Source of the DNA: Candidatus Brocadiaceae bacterium
Lineage (GTDB): Bacteria; Planctomycetota; Brocadiia; SM23-32
Reading direction: 5' to 3'
NCBI GenBank assembly: GCA_003551305.1
Contig: PUMJ01000156.1
Span: 27,325 to 91,324, forward strand
Length of the DNA stretch: 64,000 bases
Shown here: piece by piece, positions 1-7,050 of the stretch
Layout: the number at the start of each line of letters is the position of its first letter
How positions within the stretch are numbered: position 1 is the stretch's first letter
Made by a program: the position numbers and the translations under genes
The notes under the pieces: generated by a model
What the model was told of the DNA's origin: nothing
Seen by the model: the letters and a program-made list of their open reading frames with translations, nothing else
The model's database searches: none

Positions 1-1088
1 TTGTCGTAGAACGTGCGCTCCTCGGTCAGCCCTTTGCCCTGGAGCAGCTTCACCGAGGCGTCAATCATGCCGGGGCTGCCGCAGAGGTAGACCTCTGTGT
101 CCGAGCAGTCCTCCACGCGCCGGTCAACGGCCTCGGTCACCAGCCCGGTCTCGCCGTCCCATTCCCCCTCGTGCCGGGCGACCACGGGCACGTACTCGAA
201 GTTCGGCACCTTCTGCTCGAACTCGCGCATCTCCTCGACCAGGTAGAGGTCGCGCAGTTCGTTGCAGCCGTAGAAGAAGGTCGCCCGCCGCGGGTTCTGC
301 TCCCGCTCCATCTGGAAGAGAATGGACCGGATGGGCGCGATGCCTGAACCGCCCGCGATGAACACGATCTCCCGGTCCGTCTCGCTCAGGACGAAGTCGC
401 CGTACGGGCCGTTGACGGTCGCCTCGTCGCCCTCCTCCAGCAGTTCGAACACGTACGTGGTGCAGATGCCGCCGGGCACCCGCCGGATTATCAGTTCGAT
501 GTAATCGCGGCGGTCGGCGGGCGAGGCCATCGAGTAGGCCCGGTAGACCGGCTCCGGCGTCAAGCCGTAGGCGGGCGTCTGAAGCTGGATATACTGCCCG
601 GCCTTGAACTTCAGCTCCGGCGGCTCCACCATCTCCAGCCGGACCATGCGGGTGTCGTAGTTCAACTCTGTTATGCGCTTGACCCGCGTCTTGTACTCCT
701 GCAGGCTCAGTATCTCTTCGGGCAGTTCGAGGGCCATATCGCCGCGGATCTTGAGCTGGCAGGAGAGCCGCCAGTGGTCCTCTCTCTCCTCTTCGGTCAG
801 GTGGGGCATCTCTGTCGGCAGCAGGGGCCCGCCGCCTTCGAGCACCTTCACCTTGCACAGGCCGCAGGAGCCGCGTCCGCCGCAGGCCGAGGGCACGAAG
901 ATACCCTCGTCCATCAGCCCGGCCAGCAGGGAGTTGCCGCCCTCCACGACCTTCTCCTCTTCCTCGTTGATGGTGAGGGTGCACTCGCCGTAGGCGAGCA
1001 GAACGGCGTCGGCCGTCAGCAAAAGGAGCGCCAGCAAGGCCGACAGGGCGGCGATGACGGCGACGGCCACCAGCAGTTCGGTCATCAT
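1..1088 (-). CDS. nqrF: Na+-translocating NADH:quinone oxidoreductase subunit F (NqrF), C-terminus cut by window edge
   Basis: Own minus-strand translation from ATGATG at 1088..1083 gives MMTELLVAVAVIAAL (TM helix). It continues with a plant-type 2Fe-2S motif SACGGRGSCGLCKV, FNR-like RAYSMAS and FIAGGSGIAP, and a C-terminal EVYLCGSPGMIDASVKLL that runs off position 1. Track ORF 124..984 is a different, GC-rich junk frame. Confidence 0.8.
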   Translation of the reverse strand, partial: MMTELLVAVAVIAALSALLALLLLTADAVLLAYGECTLTINEEEEKVVEGGNSLLAGLMDEGIFVPSACGGRGSCGLCKVKVLEGGGPLLPTEMPHLTEEEREDHWRLSCQLKIRGDMALELPEEILSLQEYKTRVKRITELNYDTRMVRLEMVEPPELKFKAGQYIQLQTPAYGLTPEPVYRAYSMASPADRRDYIELIIRRVPGGICTTYVFELLEEGDEATVNGPYGDFVLSETDREIVFIAGGSGIAPIRSILFQMEREQNPRRATFFYGCNELRDLYLVEEMREFEQKVPNFEYVPVVARHEGEWDGETGLVTEAVDRRVEDCSDTEVYLCGSPGMIDASVKLLQGKGLTEERTFYD

Positions 1089-1107
1089 TGCGGTCAGCGC
1101 CCCCCTA

Positions 1108-1698
1108 TCATTGCGGCGGTGTCAGGGCCCCGGCCAGGCCCAGGAAGGCCAGCGCCATGATGCCCGCTATGATCAGCGTGATGCCCGGCCCTTCCAGGCC
1201 CTTAGGTATGCGCGCCTTCTGCATCTTCTCCCGTATGCCGGCCATGGCGATGATGGCCAGCGCCCAGCCCACGCCGCTGCCGGCACCGTAGAAGAAGGAC
1301 ATCACGGCGCCCATCTCCCGGATGATCATGAACAGGGAGACGCCCAGGATGGCACAGTTGACCGTGATGAGCGGCAGGAAGATGCCCAGTGCGTAGTAAA
1401 GGACGGGCGAAAAGCGCTCTATGACGATCTCCACGAACTGCACGAACGCCGCTATGACGATGATGAACGCGATGAAACGCAGGTATTCCAGCCCGAACGG
1501 CACCAGCAGCCGGTGATAGACGAACCAGTTGAGCACGCTGGTGCATGCGAGGACGAAGGTAACGGCCGCCCCGAGCCCCACGGCCGTCTTGATCTGGCGG
1601 CTGACGGCCAGAAACGAGCACATGCCCAGAAAGCGGGCCAGCAGAATGTTGTCGGTGAAGATGGCCGAGAAGAAGATGATCAGCATTTGCGCGGTCAT
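1108..1698 (-). CDS. nqrE: NQR subunit E (NqrE/RnfA family)
   Basis: From Met44 of track ORF 1108..1827: MTAQMLIIFFSAIFTDNILLARFLGMCSFLAVS...LPLITVNCAILG, a typical NqrE polytopic membrane protein. ATGA overlap with nqrD stop at 1695..1698. Confidence 0.85.
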   Translation of the reverse strand: MTAQMLIIFFSAIFTDNILLARFLGMCSFLAVSRQIKTAVGLGAAVTFVLACTSVLNWFVYHRLLVPFGLEYLRFIAFIIVIAAFVQFVEIVIERFSPVLYYALGIFLPLITVNCAILGVSLFMIIREMGAVMSFFYGAGSGVGWALAIIAMAGIREKMQKARIPKGLEGPGITLIIAGIMALAFLGLAGALTPPQ

Positions 1699-2348
1699 TG
1701 AGGCGGCCCTCCTGTCTGCTGCTCGGCGGCGGGCGGCTCGGCATGGCGGCGGGCTATCCAGACGGCCAGGGCCAGCGCGAAAAACGCCCCCGGCGGCATG
1801 ACCATGATGGTCCACGGCCGCCACCACTCGCCCAGCAACTGGACGTGGAACAGCGTACCCTGTCCCATCAGTTCGCGCGGGATGGTGATGGCGATGAGGA
1901 TGATGGAGTAACCTATACCACAGGCCACGCCGTCCACCAGCGAGGGCCAGGGCGGGTTCGAGGACGCGAAGCCCTCCGCCCGGCCCATGATGATGCAGTT
2001 TGTGATGATCAGGCCGACGTAGGCGCCCAGCGCTTCGGAGACGTCCGGCAGGTAGGCATCAAGCAGTATCTTCACCACGATGACGTAGGCGGCGATGATG
2101 AGGGTCTGCACGATCATGCGGATGCGGCGGGGCGTGTAGTTGCGCAACAGGCTGACGGTGACGTTCGAGCAGGCCAGCACGAATATGAGCCCCGCCGACA
2201 TGACCACCGTGTTGACCATCAGGTTCGTGATGGCCAGCGTGGAGCAGATGCCCAGTATCTGGCGGAAGATGGGGTTCTCGTTCCAGACCCCCGTCTTGAA
2301 CACCTGCCAGGAACGCGAAAGGGCGATCTTCTTCATCATATCCGGCAT
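1695..2348 (-). CDS. nqrD: NQR subunit D (NqrD/RnfE family)
   Basis: MPDMMKKIALS...ILGICSTLAITN...GLIITNCIIMGRAEGFA matches NqrD. GAGGAG RBS 7 nt upstream. Confidence 0.85.
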   Translation of the reverse strand: MPDMMKKIALSRSWQVFKTGVWNENPIFRQILGICSTLAITNLMVNTVVMSAGLIFVLACSNVTVSLLRNYTPRRIRMIVQTLIIAAYVIVVKILLDAYLPDVSEALGAYVGLIITNCIIMGRAEGFASSNPPWPSLVDGVACGIGYSIILIAITIPRELMGQGTLFHVQLLGEWWRPWTIMVMPPGAFFALALAVWIARRHAEPPAAEQQTGGPPQ

Positions 2349-2359
2349 GCGGTCGCTCC

Positions 2360-3004
2360 TCAGTCGCTTTCCGCCATGGCCTGCATGAACCTGCCGAGCG
2401 CGTGGTTGATGATCTCCTGGACGGCATCGCTGGTGCCGGTGGCGCCTGTGATGGCGTCAGCGTCGTGCTCGCCCGGCTCCACACCGGCCGGCACAAGGCG
2501 CACGTACCTGCCGTCGGGTCCCGGTTCGTCCGGCAGCGGCAGGTCGCGGAACTGGGCCATGAACCACTCCCGGGTTATCTCCCCGCCCAGCCCGGGGGTT
2601 TCGTTCTGCTCGTGCCAGGCCAGCCCCAGTATGAGGTCCAGCTCCAGGCTGATGGCCAGATACCCCCGTATGGCGTCCCAGACCCCCCGCCCGACGATCT
2701 CGAATGCGTAGCCCATCGGCTCCCCCTGCTCATCCAGCCCCTCCAGGATGGGGTGCTCCTCCTCGCGTATGGTCACCGTTCGGCCGGTGTCCTGGACGCG
2801 CTGCCGGTAGACCTGTTCGATCTCCTCGAAGCCGGCGCCGCGCCTGACCTCGATGCCCAGCGCCCTGAGCACCACGCGGGCGCGCATCGCTTCCCGGTTG
2901 CGCTCGATGCGCTCCCGGTTCAGCAGGTGCACCCCGGAGGTGACTCCCGTAAAGCCCGCGGCTATGAGGACCATGTACAGCACCGTGTAGAAGTTCTCTT
3001 TCAT
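2360..3004 (-). CDS. nqrC: NQR subunit C (NqrC/RnfG family, FMN-binding)
   Basis: From Met38 of track ORF 2360..3115: MKENFYTVLYMVLIAAGF... with NETPGLGG and AITGATGTSDAV (S/T-GAT FMN-attachment motif). 4-nt overlap with nqrB stop. Confidence 0.8.
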   Translation of the reverse strand: MKENFYTVLYMVLIAAGFTGVTSGVHLLNRERIERNREAMRARVVLRALGIEVRRGAGFEEIEQVYRQRVQDTGRTVTIREEEHPILEGLDEQGEPMGYAFEIVGRGVWDAIRGYLAISLELDLILGLAWHEQNETPGLGGEITREWFMAQFRDLPLPDEPGPDGRYVRLVPAGVEPGEHDADAITGATGTSDAVQEIINHALGRFMQAMAESD

Positions 3005-4029
3005 CCCACCCCCGCTCTCGCCTTGCGCATCTGTTGCACCTCCCGCACGTAGTGGTCCATGATCGGGTTGAACGTGTTCATCAGCAATATGGCGAACATG
3101 GTGCCCTCCGGCCATCCGGCGAAGCCCCGGATGATGACCACGAGCGCCCCGATAAGGAACCCGTATATCCAGCGCCCGGTGCCCGTCTGGGCCGCCGAGA
3201 TGGGGTCCGTGGCCATGAAAAACGACCCCAGCAGAAAACCGCCGGAAAGCAGCGTGAACATCGGCCCCGGCACCGCGGTCACCCCGCTGTAGTGCAGCGC
3301 CGTGCTCATAAGCACCGCGCCCACCAGGCAGGAGACCACGATCCGCCAGTCGGCCGTCTTCGTGTAGAGCAGGTAGAGCCCCCCGATAACGAGCAACACA
3401 GCGGACGTCTCCCCCAGGCTGCCCGCCACGCTGCCGGTGAGCAAGTCGCCCAGGGCCGCCACGGACTCACCGGCCTGGAAGTCCCTGAGCGGGGTGGCGC
3501 GCGTGAGGGCGTCCGCGCCCCGCGCCCACCGGGCGAACCCGCCCGGCAAGCCGCTGTACGGCGCCAGCCACTGGACGGTCATCTCCACCGGAAAGCAGAT
3601 AAACACGAAACACCGCCCGACCAGCGCGGGGTTGAAGACGTTGCGCGCGAATCCCCCGAAGACCTCCTTGCCGAAGGCGATGCCCACCACGATGCCGACG
3701 ATGACCACCATGTAGGGCACCCGCGGCGGCAGGGTAAGGGCATACAGGACGGCGCTGACGAAAACCGCTGTACTGACCGGCTCGCCCCGCTTGCGGCAGA
3801 AGGACCACTCCGTCAGCACGGCGAACGCGATGCTGACCAGCACAACCCCCAGGGCGCGCCAGCCGAAGAAGTAGACGGCCCCACCCATCGCGGGCAGGGT
3901 GGCCGTCAGCACGCGCACCATCGGCTTCTGGTAGCGGAAGAACTCCCAGAACCGAAAACCGAACAAGCCCCCGCTCTCCTCGGGTGCGGCGCCGGGCCTT
4001 TCGGCGGCGTCGGATTCCCTGGCTGTCAT
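3001..4029 (-). CDS. nqrB: NQR subunit B (NqrB/RnfD family)
   Basis: 342 aa; VYFFGWRAL..., FGKEVFGG, FNPAL, ...GSFFMATDPISAAQTGTGRWIYG...GWPEGTMFAILLMNTFNPIMDHY is the NqrB/RnfD signature. Called Nqr rather than Rnf because the operon ends in an NqrF-type subunit. Confidence 0.75.
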   Translation of the reverse strand: MTARESDAAERPGAAPEESGGLFGFRFWEFFRYQKPMVRVLTATLPAMGGAVYFFGWRALGVVLVSIAFAVLTEWSFCRKRGEPVSTAVFVSAVLYALTLPPRVPYMVVIVGIVVGIAFGKEVFGGFARNVFNPALVGRCFVFICFPVEMTVQWLAPYSGLPGGFARWARGADALTRATPLRDFQAGESVAALGDLLTGSVAGSLGETSAVLLVIGGLYLLYTKTADWRIVVSCLVGAVLMSTALHYSGVTAVPGPMFTLLSGGFLLGSFFMATDPISAAQTGTGRWIYGFLIGALVVIIRGFAGWPEGTMFAILLMNTFNPIMDHYVREVQQMRKARAGVG

Positions 4030-4152
4030 CCCCCGATGTCCCCCTGACCGGAAAGCAAGGAAAAACGAATTTACCCACTCAGCCCCGGGGCGTCAAGCGA
4101 GAGGGGGCTCCGGCAAAACGCCTCCCCCCCACGGCGGGAAAGCAGCGGGGAC

Positions 4153-4407
4153 TCACCACTCCGGCAACGGACCGTCCTGCCCCTCCCGGAACTGCTGCCA
4201 CAGCCGCCGGAACCGGCTCTCGTAGACCATCTCGAACAGACGCACGCGGTCCGGGAACCGCTCCCGGGCGAACTCCCGCAGCTTGCGTATCTCTATGACG
4301 ATGTCAATGGCGGGGTAGTCACTGGCCACAATGAGGGAGCTGAGCCGGTCAGCCCGCCGCTGCAGCAGGACGTAATCCCGTTTGCCGTCACGCGCTGATT
4401 CCATCAC
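4153..4407 (-). CDS. hypothetical small protein (84 aa) upstream of nqrB
   Basis: Track ORF MMESARDGKRDYVLLQRRADRLSSLIVASDYPAIDIVIEIRKLREF... has a non-degenerate amino-acid composition. RBS is weak (GGAG only 2 nt from ATG). Confidence 0.3.
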   Translation of the reverse strand: MMESARDGKRDYVLLQRRADRLSSLIVASDYPAIDIVIEIRKLREFARERFPDRVRLFEMVYESRFRRLWQQFREGQDGPLPEW

Positions 4408-4572
4408 TCCGGCTACCTCCAGGCCTCTCGGGCCATTCTACTCGCCGGGGCGAACGGCTCCCCGAAGACGCCGGGCCTTTGTGCCCCAGCGAGACGCCCG
4501 TCCACCGCCGAGCGCCGTCCCGACCAAGCCGCCCGGAGCATCCCGTCGGAGGTCCCTTCCGCATACCAGGGG

Positions 4573-4632
4573 GCAAATGGATTCGTTTCGCAGAGACCCC
4601 CCCGATGCACCCAAATCGGACAGCAGCGCCCG
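4573..4632 (+). repeat. 60-nt element B (partner of 46910..46969, opposite orientation)
   Basis: gcaaatggattcgtttcgcagag...cccaaatcggacagcagcgcccg; intergenic, upstream of the 84-aa ORF on the minus strand. Confidence 0.6.
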
Positions 4633-4847
4633 CACCCCTGCTGCCGCGAGCGCCAGTGCGCTGTGGTCCTGGCCAGGGCTCCCGCATCATACTAAACGTT
4701 CGTAGGGTTTGCATCAAGCGTTTTCCCGCGCACCCCCGGCAAGGGGTATGTCGCCCGCCCCTCGGCCGGCCGCGTCTCTCATGTCGAGTTCGCCGTACGG
4801 CGAAGAAGACGTCAGCCCTGCCCCCGGGACCTTCAACCCCGCTGCGC

Positions 4848-6215
4848 TCACCGCCGGTTGCCGCCCTCCAGGAACCGGGCGTGCAGCCGTCGCCTCAACT
4901 CCGACACCACTTTCGGCCGGTCGGCGGCGACGTTGCGCAGTTCGTCCGGGTCTTCCTGGAGGTCGTAAAGCTCGTCCGGCGCGTTGTAGTTGTCTATCAG
5001 CTTATAGCGACGGGTGCGGATGGCGCGGAAGTTCGTGATGGCGCTGACGGCGTCCTCCCGGTGCTCGTCGGTCTCGCCCCGCAACAGCGGCGCCACGGAC
5101 CGGGCGTCCACGTTTTCCTGCGGGGGCAGGCCGGCCAGCTCGCAGATGGTGGGGTTGACGTCAATCAGTTCCACCAGCCCGTCCGACACGCGGCCGCCCT
5201 CGACGCCCGGCCCGGCGACGATGAGAGGCACCCGCACGGATGCCTCGTAGGCGACGCTCTTGGTGTAGAGGCCGTGGTCGCCGAGCATCTCGCCGTGGTC
5301 GCTGGAGAACAGCACGATGGTGTTCTCCAGCATCCCGCGCTCTTCGAGGGCGTCCAGCATCAGGCCGACCCGGTCGTCAATGAGCCGGATGGCGCCGCAG
5401 TACTGCCGCCGGGTGACGGCGACCTGCTCCGGCGTGGCGTCCTTCATACGTCGCCGCACCCAGGCCGGCTTGCCATCCCCCGGCTCGATGATGGGCGGGG
5501 GCACTTCCGCATCGCGGTACATGTCGGCGTACTCGGTGGGCGGGTCGAAGGGGTCATGCGGGCCGACAAAGCTGACGAAGTAGCACCAGGGGAAGTCGTC
5601 CGGGACGGTGCGGATCCAGTCGGCCGCCCGCCGCCCGATGTAAGAGTCCTCGAAGTGCTCGGTGGGCAGCACCGAGTCCCACGAGGCGCCGACGTTCCAG
5701 CCCCGGGCGGCCCGCTTCTTGTAGTCTTCGTGGAACTGCTGCAGCAGCCCGTGCTCCTGCAGGTAGAAGTTGTAGGGGCCGCGGGGCGTTGCAGAATTGC
5801 CCGCGTGCATCTTGCCCTCGCACTCCTCCGGGTGCGTGAAGCCCCAGCCGTAGACGCAGGGTCTGTCGCCGTGGCGGCCGTTGTAGGGGTCGGGTTTGGC
5901 CAGGTCGAGCTTTCCGATGCAGCCGACGCGGTAGCCGGCGTCGCGCAGCCGCTGGTAATAGGTGCGCGTGCTGAACGGGAGGAAGGCGCCATTGCCCAGA
6001 GCCCCCAGGCGCGCCGGCTGCAGCCCGGAGGCCAGCCCGATGCGAGCCGGAGCGCAGACGGGGCTGTTGGTGATGCACTGAGTGAAGCGCACCCCCCGCT
6101 CGGCCAGCCGGTCCAGGTTCGGCGTGTGCAGGAAGCCGGCCCCCGCGCAGCCCATGTAGTCGTGCCGGTGCTGGTCGTCCATGATGAATAGAATGTTGGG
6201 GCGGCCGGCGGGCAT
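4848..6215 (-). CDS. sulfatase (Cys-type, formylglycine-dependent)
   Basis: MPAGRPNILFIMDDQHRHD N-terminus; C-x-P-x-R motif SPVCAPARIGLASG; sulfatase-like length and C-terminus; GGTGGAGAG RBS. No signal peptide. Confidence 0.85.
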   Translation of the reverse strand: MPAGRPNILFIMDDQHRHDYMGCAGAGFLHTPNLDRLAERGVRFTQCITNSPVCAPARIGLASGLQPARLGALGNGAFLPFSTRTYYQRLRDAGYRVGCIGKLDLAKPDPYNGRHGDRPCVYGWGFTHPEECEGKMHAGNSATPRGPYNFYLQEHGLLQQFHEDYKKRAARGWNVGASWDSVLPTEHFEDSYIGRRAADWIRTVPDDFPWCYFVSFVGPHDPFDPPTEYADMYRDAEVPPPIIEPGDGKPAWVRRRMKDATPEQVAVTRRQYCGAIRLIDDRVGLMLDALEERGMLENTIVLFSSDHGEMLGDHGLYTKSVAYEASVRVPLIVAGPGVEGGRVSDGLVELIDVNPTICELAGLPPQENVDARSVAPLLRGETDEHREDAVSAITNFRAIRTRRYKLIDNYNAPDELYDLQEDPDELRNVAADRPKVVSELRRRLHARFLEGGNRR

Positions 6216-6251
6216 CGGTGCTCTCCACCTCGGGCAGGCAGGGGGCGCGCG

Positions 6252-7007
6252 TCACTCGATCTCGAGCAGCTCCACCTCGAAGATGAGCAGCTGGTTGGGG
6301 CCGATGACGTCACCCGCGCCGCGTTCGCCGTAGGCGAGGTGGGGGGGAACGTAGAGCCTCCACTGCGCGCCCTTGCGCATCATCTGGAGCGCCTCTGTCC
6401 AGCCCTCGATGACTCCGTCCACGGGGAAGGTGGCGGGCTGACCACGTTCTCTCGAACTGTCGAAGACGGTGCCGTCCGGCAGCGTGCCGTGGTAGTGAAC
6501 CGTCACGGTGTCGTTGAAGCGCGGACGCCGGCCGTCTCCCTCGCGCAGTATCTCGTACTGGAGGCCGTTGGGGGCCGTCTGCACCCCCTCGCGCTCCTTG
6601 TTCTGTTCCAGGAAGCGCTCGGCCTCTTCCAGGTTGCGGTCGGCCAGGTCCTGGCGGGCCTCCACCTGCTCGGCCTGCCGCGCCAGCCGCCGCCGGTTGA
6701 ACACCTGGATCGCCGACGCCAACTGGGCGTCATCGAGCGCCGGCTCGGCTTCCGTGAACCCGTCGCGGAAGCCGCGTATATACGCCTCCAGGCTGACATC
6801 GAGCCCGGCCTCCTTGAGCTGTTGTCCACCGCTCAGCCCCAGCACGTAACTCATCTGGGCCGTATCGCTGGTCAGTTCGACCTCCGGCTCCTGCCCGGCC
6901 GCCGGCTCATCTTGCCGCTCGTGCGGCTCCTCCGCCCTCGCCAGCGCCACCGCGAGCGCGATGAAGCACAGACCCGCCGCCACGTAGATTCCAACTCGCC
7001 TGCCCAT
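6252..7007 (-). CDS. FKBP-type peptidyl-prolyl cis-trans isomerase (FkpA-like), secreted
   Basis: Signal peptide MGRRVGIYVAAGLCFIALAVALARA; N-terminal dimerisation/coiled region; C-terminal FKBP domain (GLQYEILREGDG...VTVHYHGTLPDGTVFDSS...LLIFEVELLEI). Start chosen at Met13 of the track ORF (GGAGGAG 6 nt upstream). Confidence 0.8.
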   Translation of the reverse strand: MGRRVGIYVAAGLCFIALAVALARAEEPHERQDEPAAGQEPEVELTSDTAQMSYVLGLSGGQQLKEAGLDVSLEAYIRGFRDGFTEAEPALDDAQLASAIQVFNRRRLARQAEQVEARQDLADRNLEEAERFLEQNKEREGVQTAPNGLQYEILREGDGRRPRFNDTVTVHYHGTLPDGTVFDSSRERGQPATFPVDGVIEGWTEALQMMRKGAQWRLYVPPHLAYGERGAGDVIGPNQLLIFEVELLEIE

Positions 7008-7050
7008 GACCATCTCCTCCATCAGGAAAGACTTCCAACACAACCTGAGT

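Noticed and set aside
124-984. Track ORF of 286 aa (Arg/Gly-rich) on the minus strand at the window start
   Set aside because: It is an alternative frame over nqrF. The real NqrF frame (from ATG 1088) gives the 2Fe-2S, FAD and NAD motifs. The 286-aa ORF has degenerate GC-frame composition.
1-4029. Considered calling the cluster rnfDGEA instead of nqrBCDE
   Set aside because: The terminal gene is an NqrF-type 2Fe-2S/FAD/NADH subunit with an N-terminal TM helix, not RnfB/RnfC. The C-subunit has the S/T-GAT-TS FMN motif of NqrC.
4479-6191. Long plus-strand ORF (570 aa). Similar long ORFs at 7753..9780, 43960..47091 (1043 aa), 49810..53184 (1124 aa), 53159..54907 and 15887..17446
   Set aside because: All lie antisense to well-supported genes (sulfatase, GH38, GH-A, mutL/argG, anSME, DUF3604). 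They are extremely Arg/Ala/Gly/Pro-rich and lack RBSs. These are typical open antisense frames in high-GC DNA.
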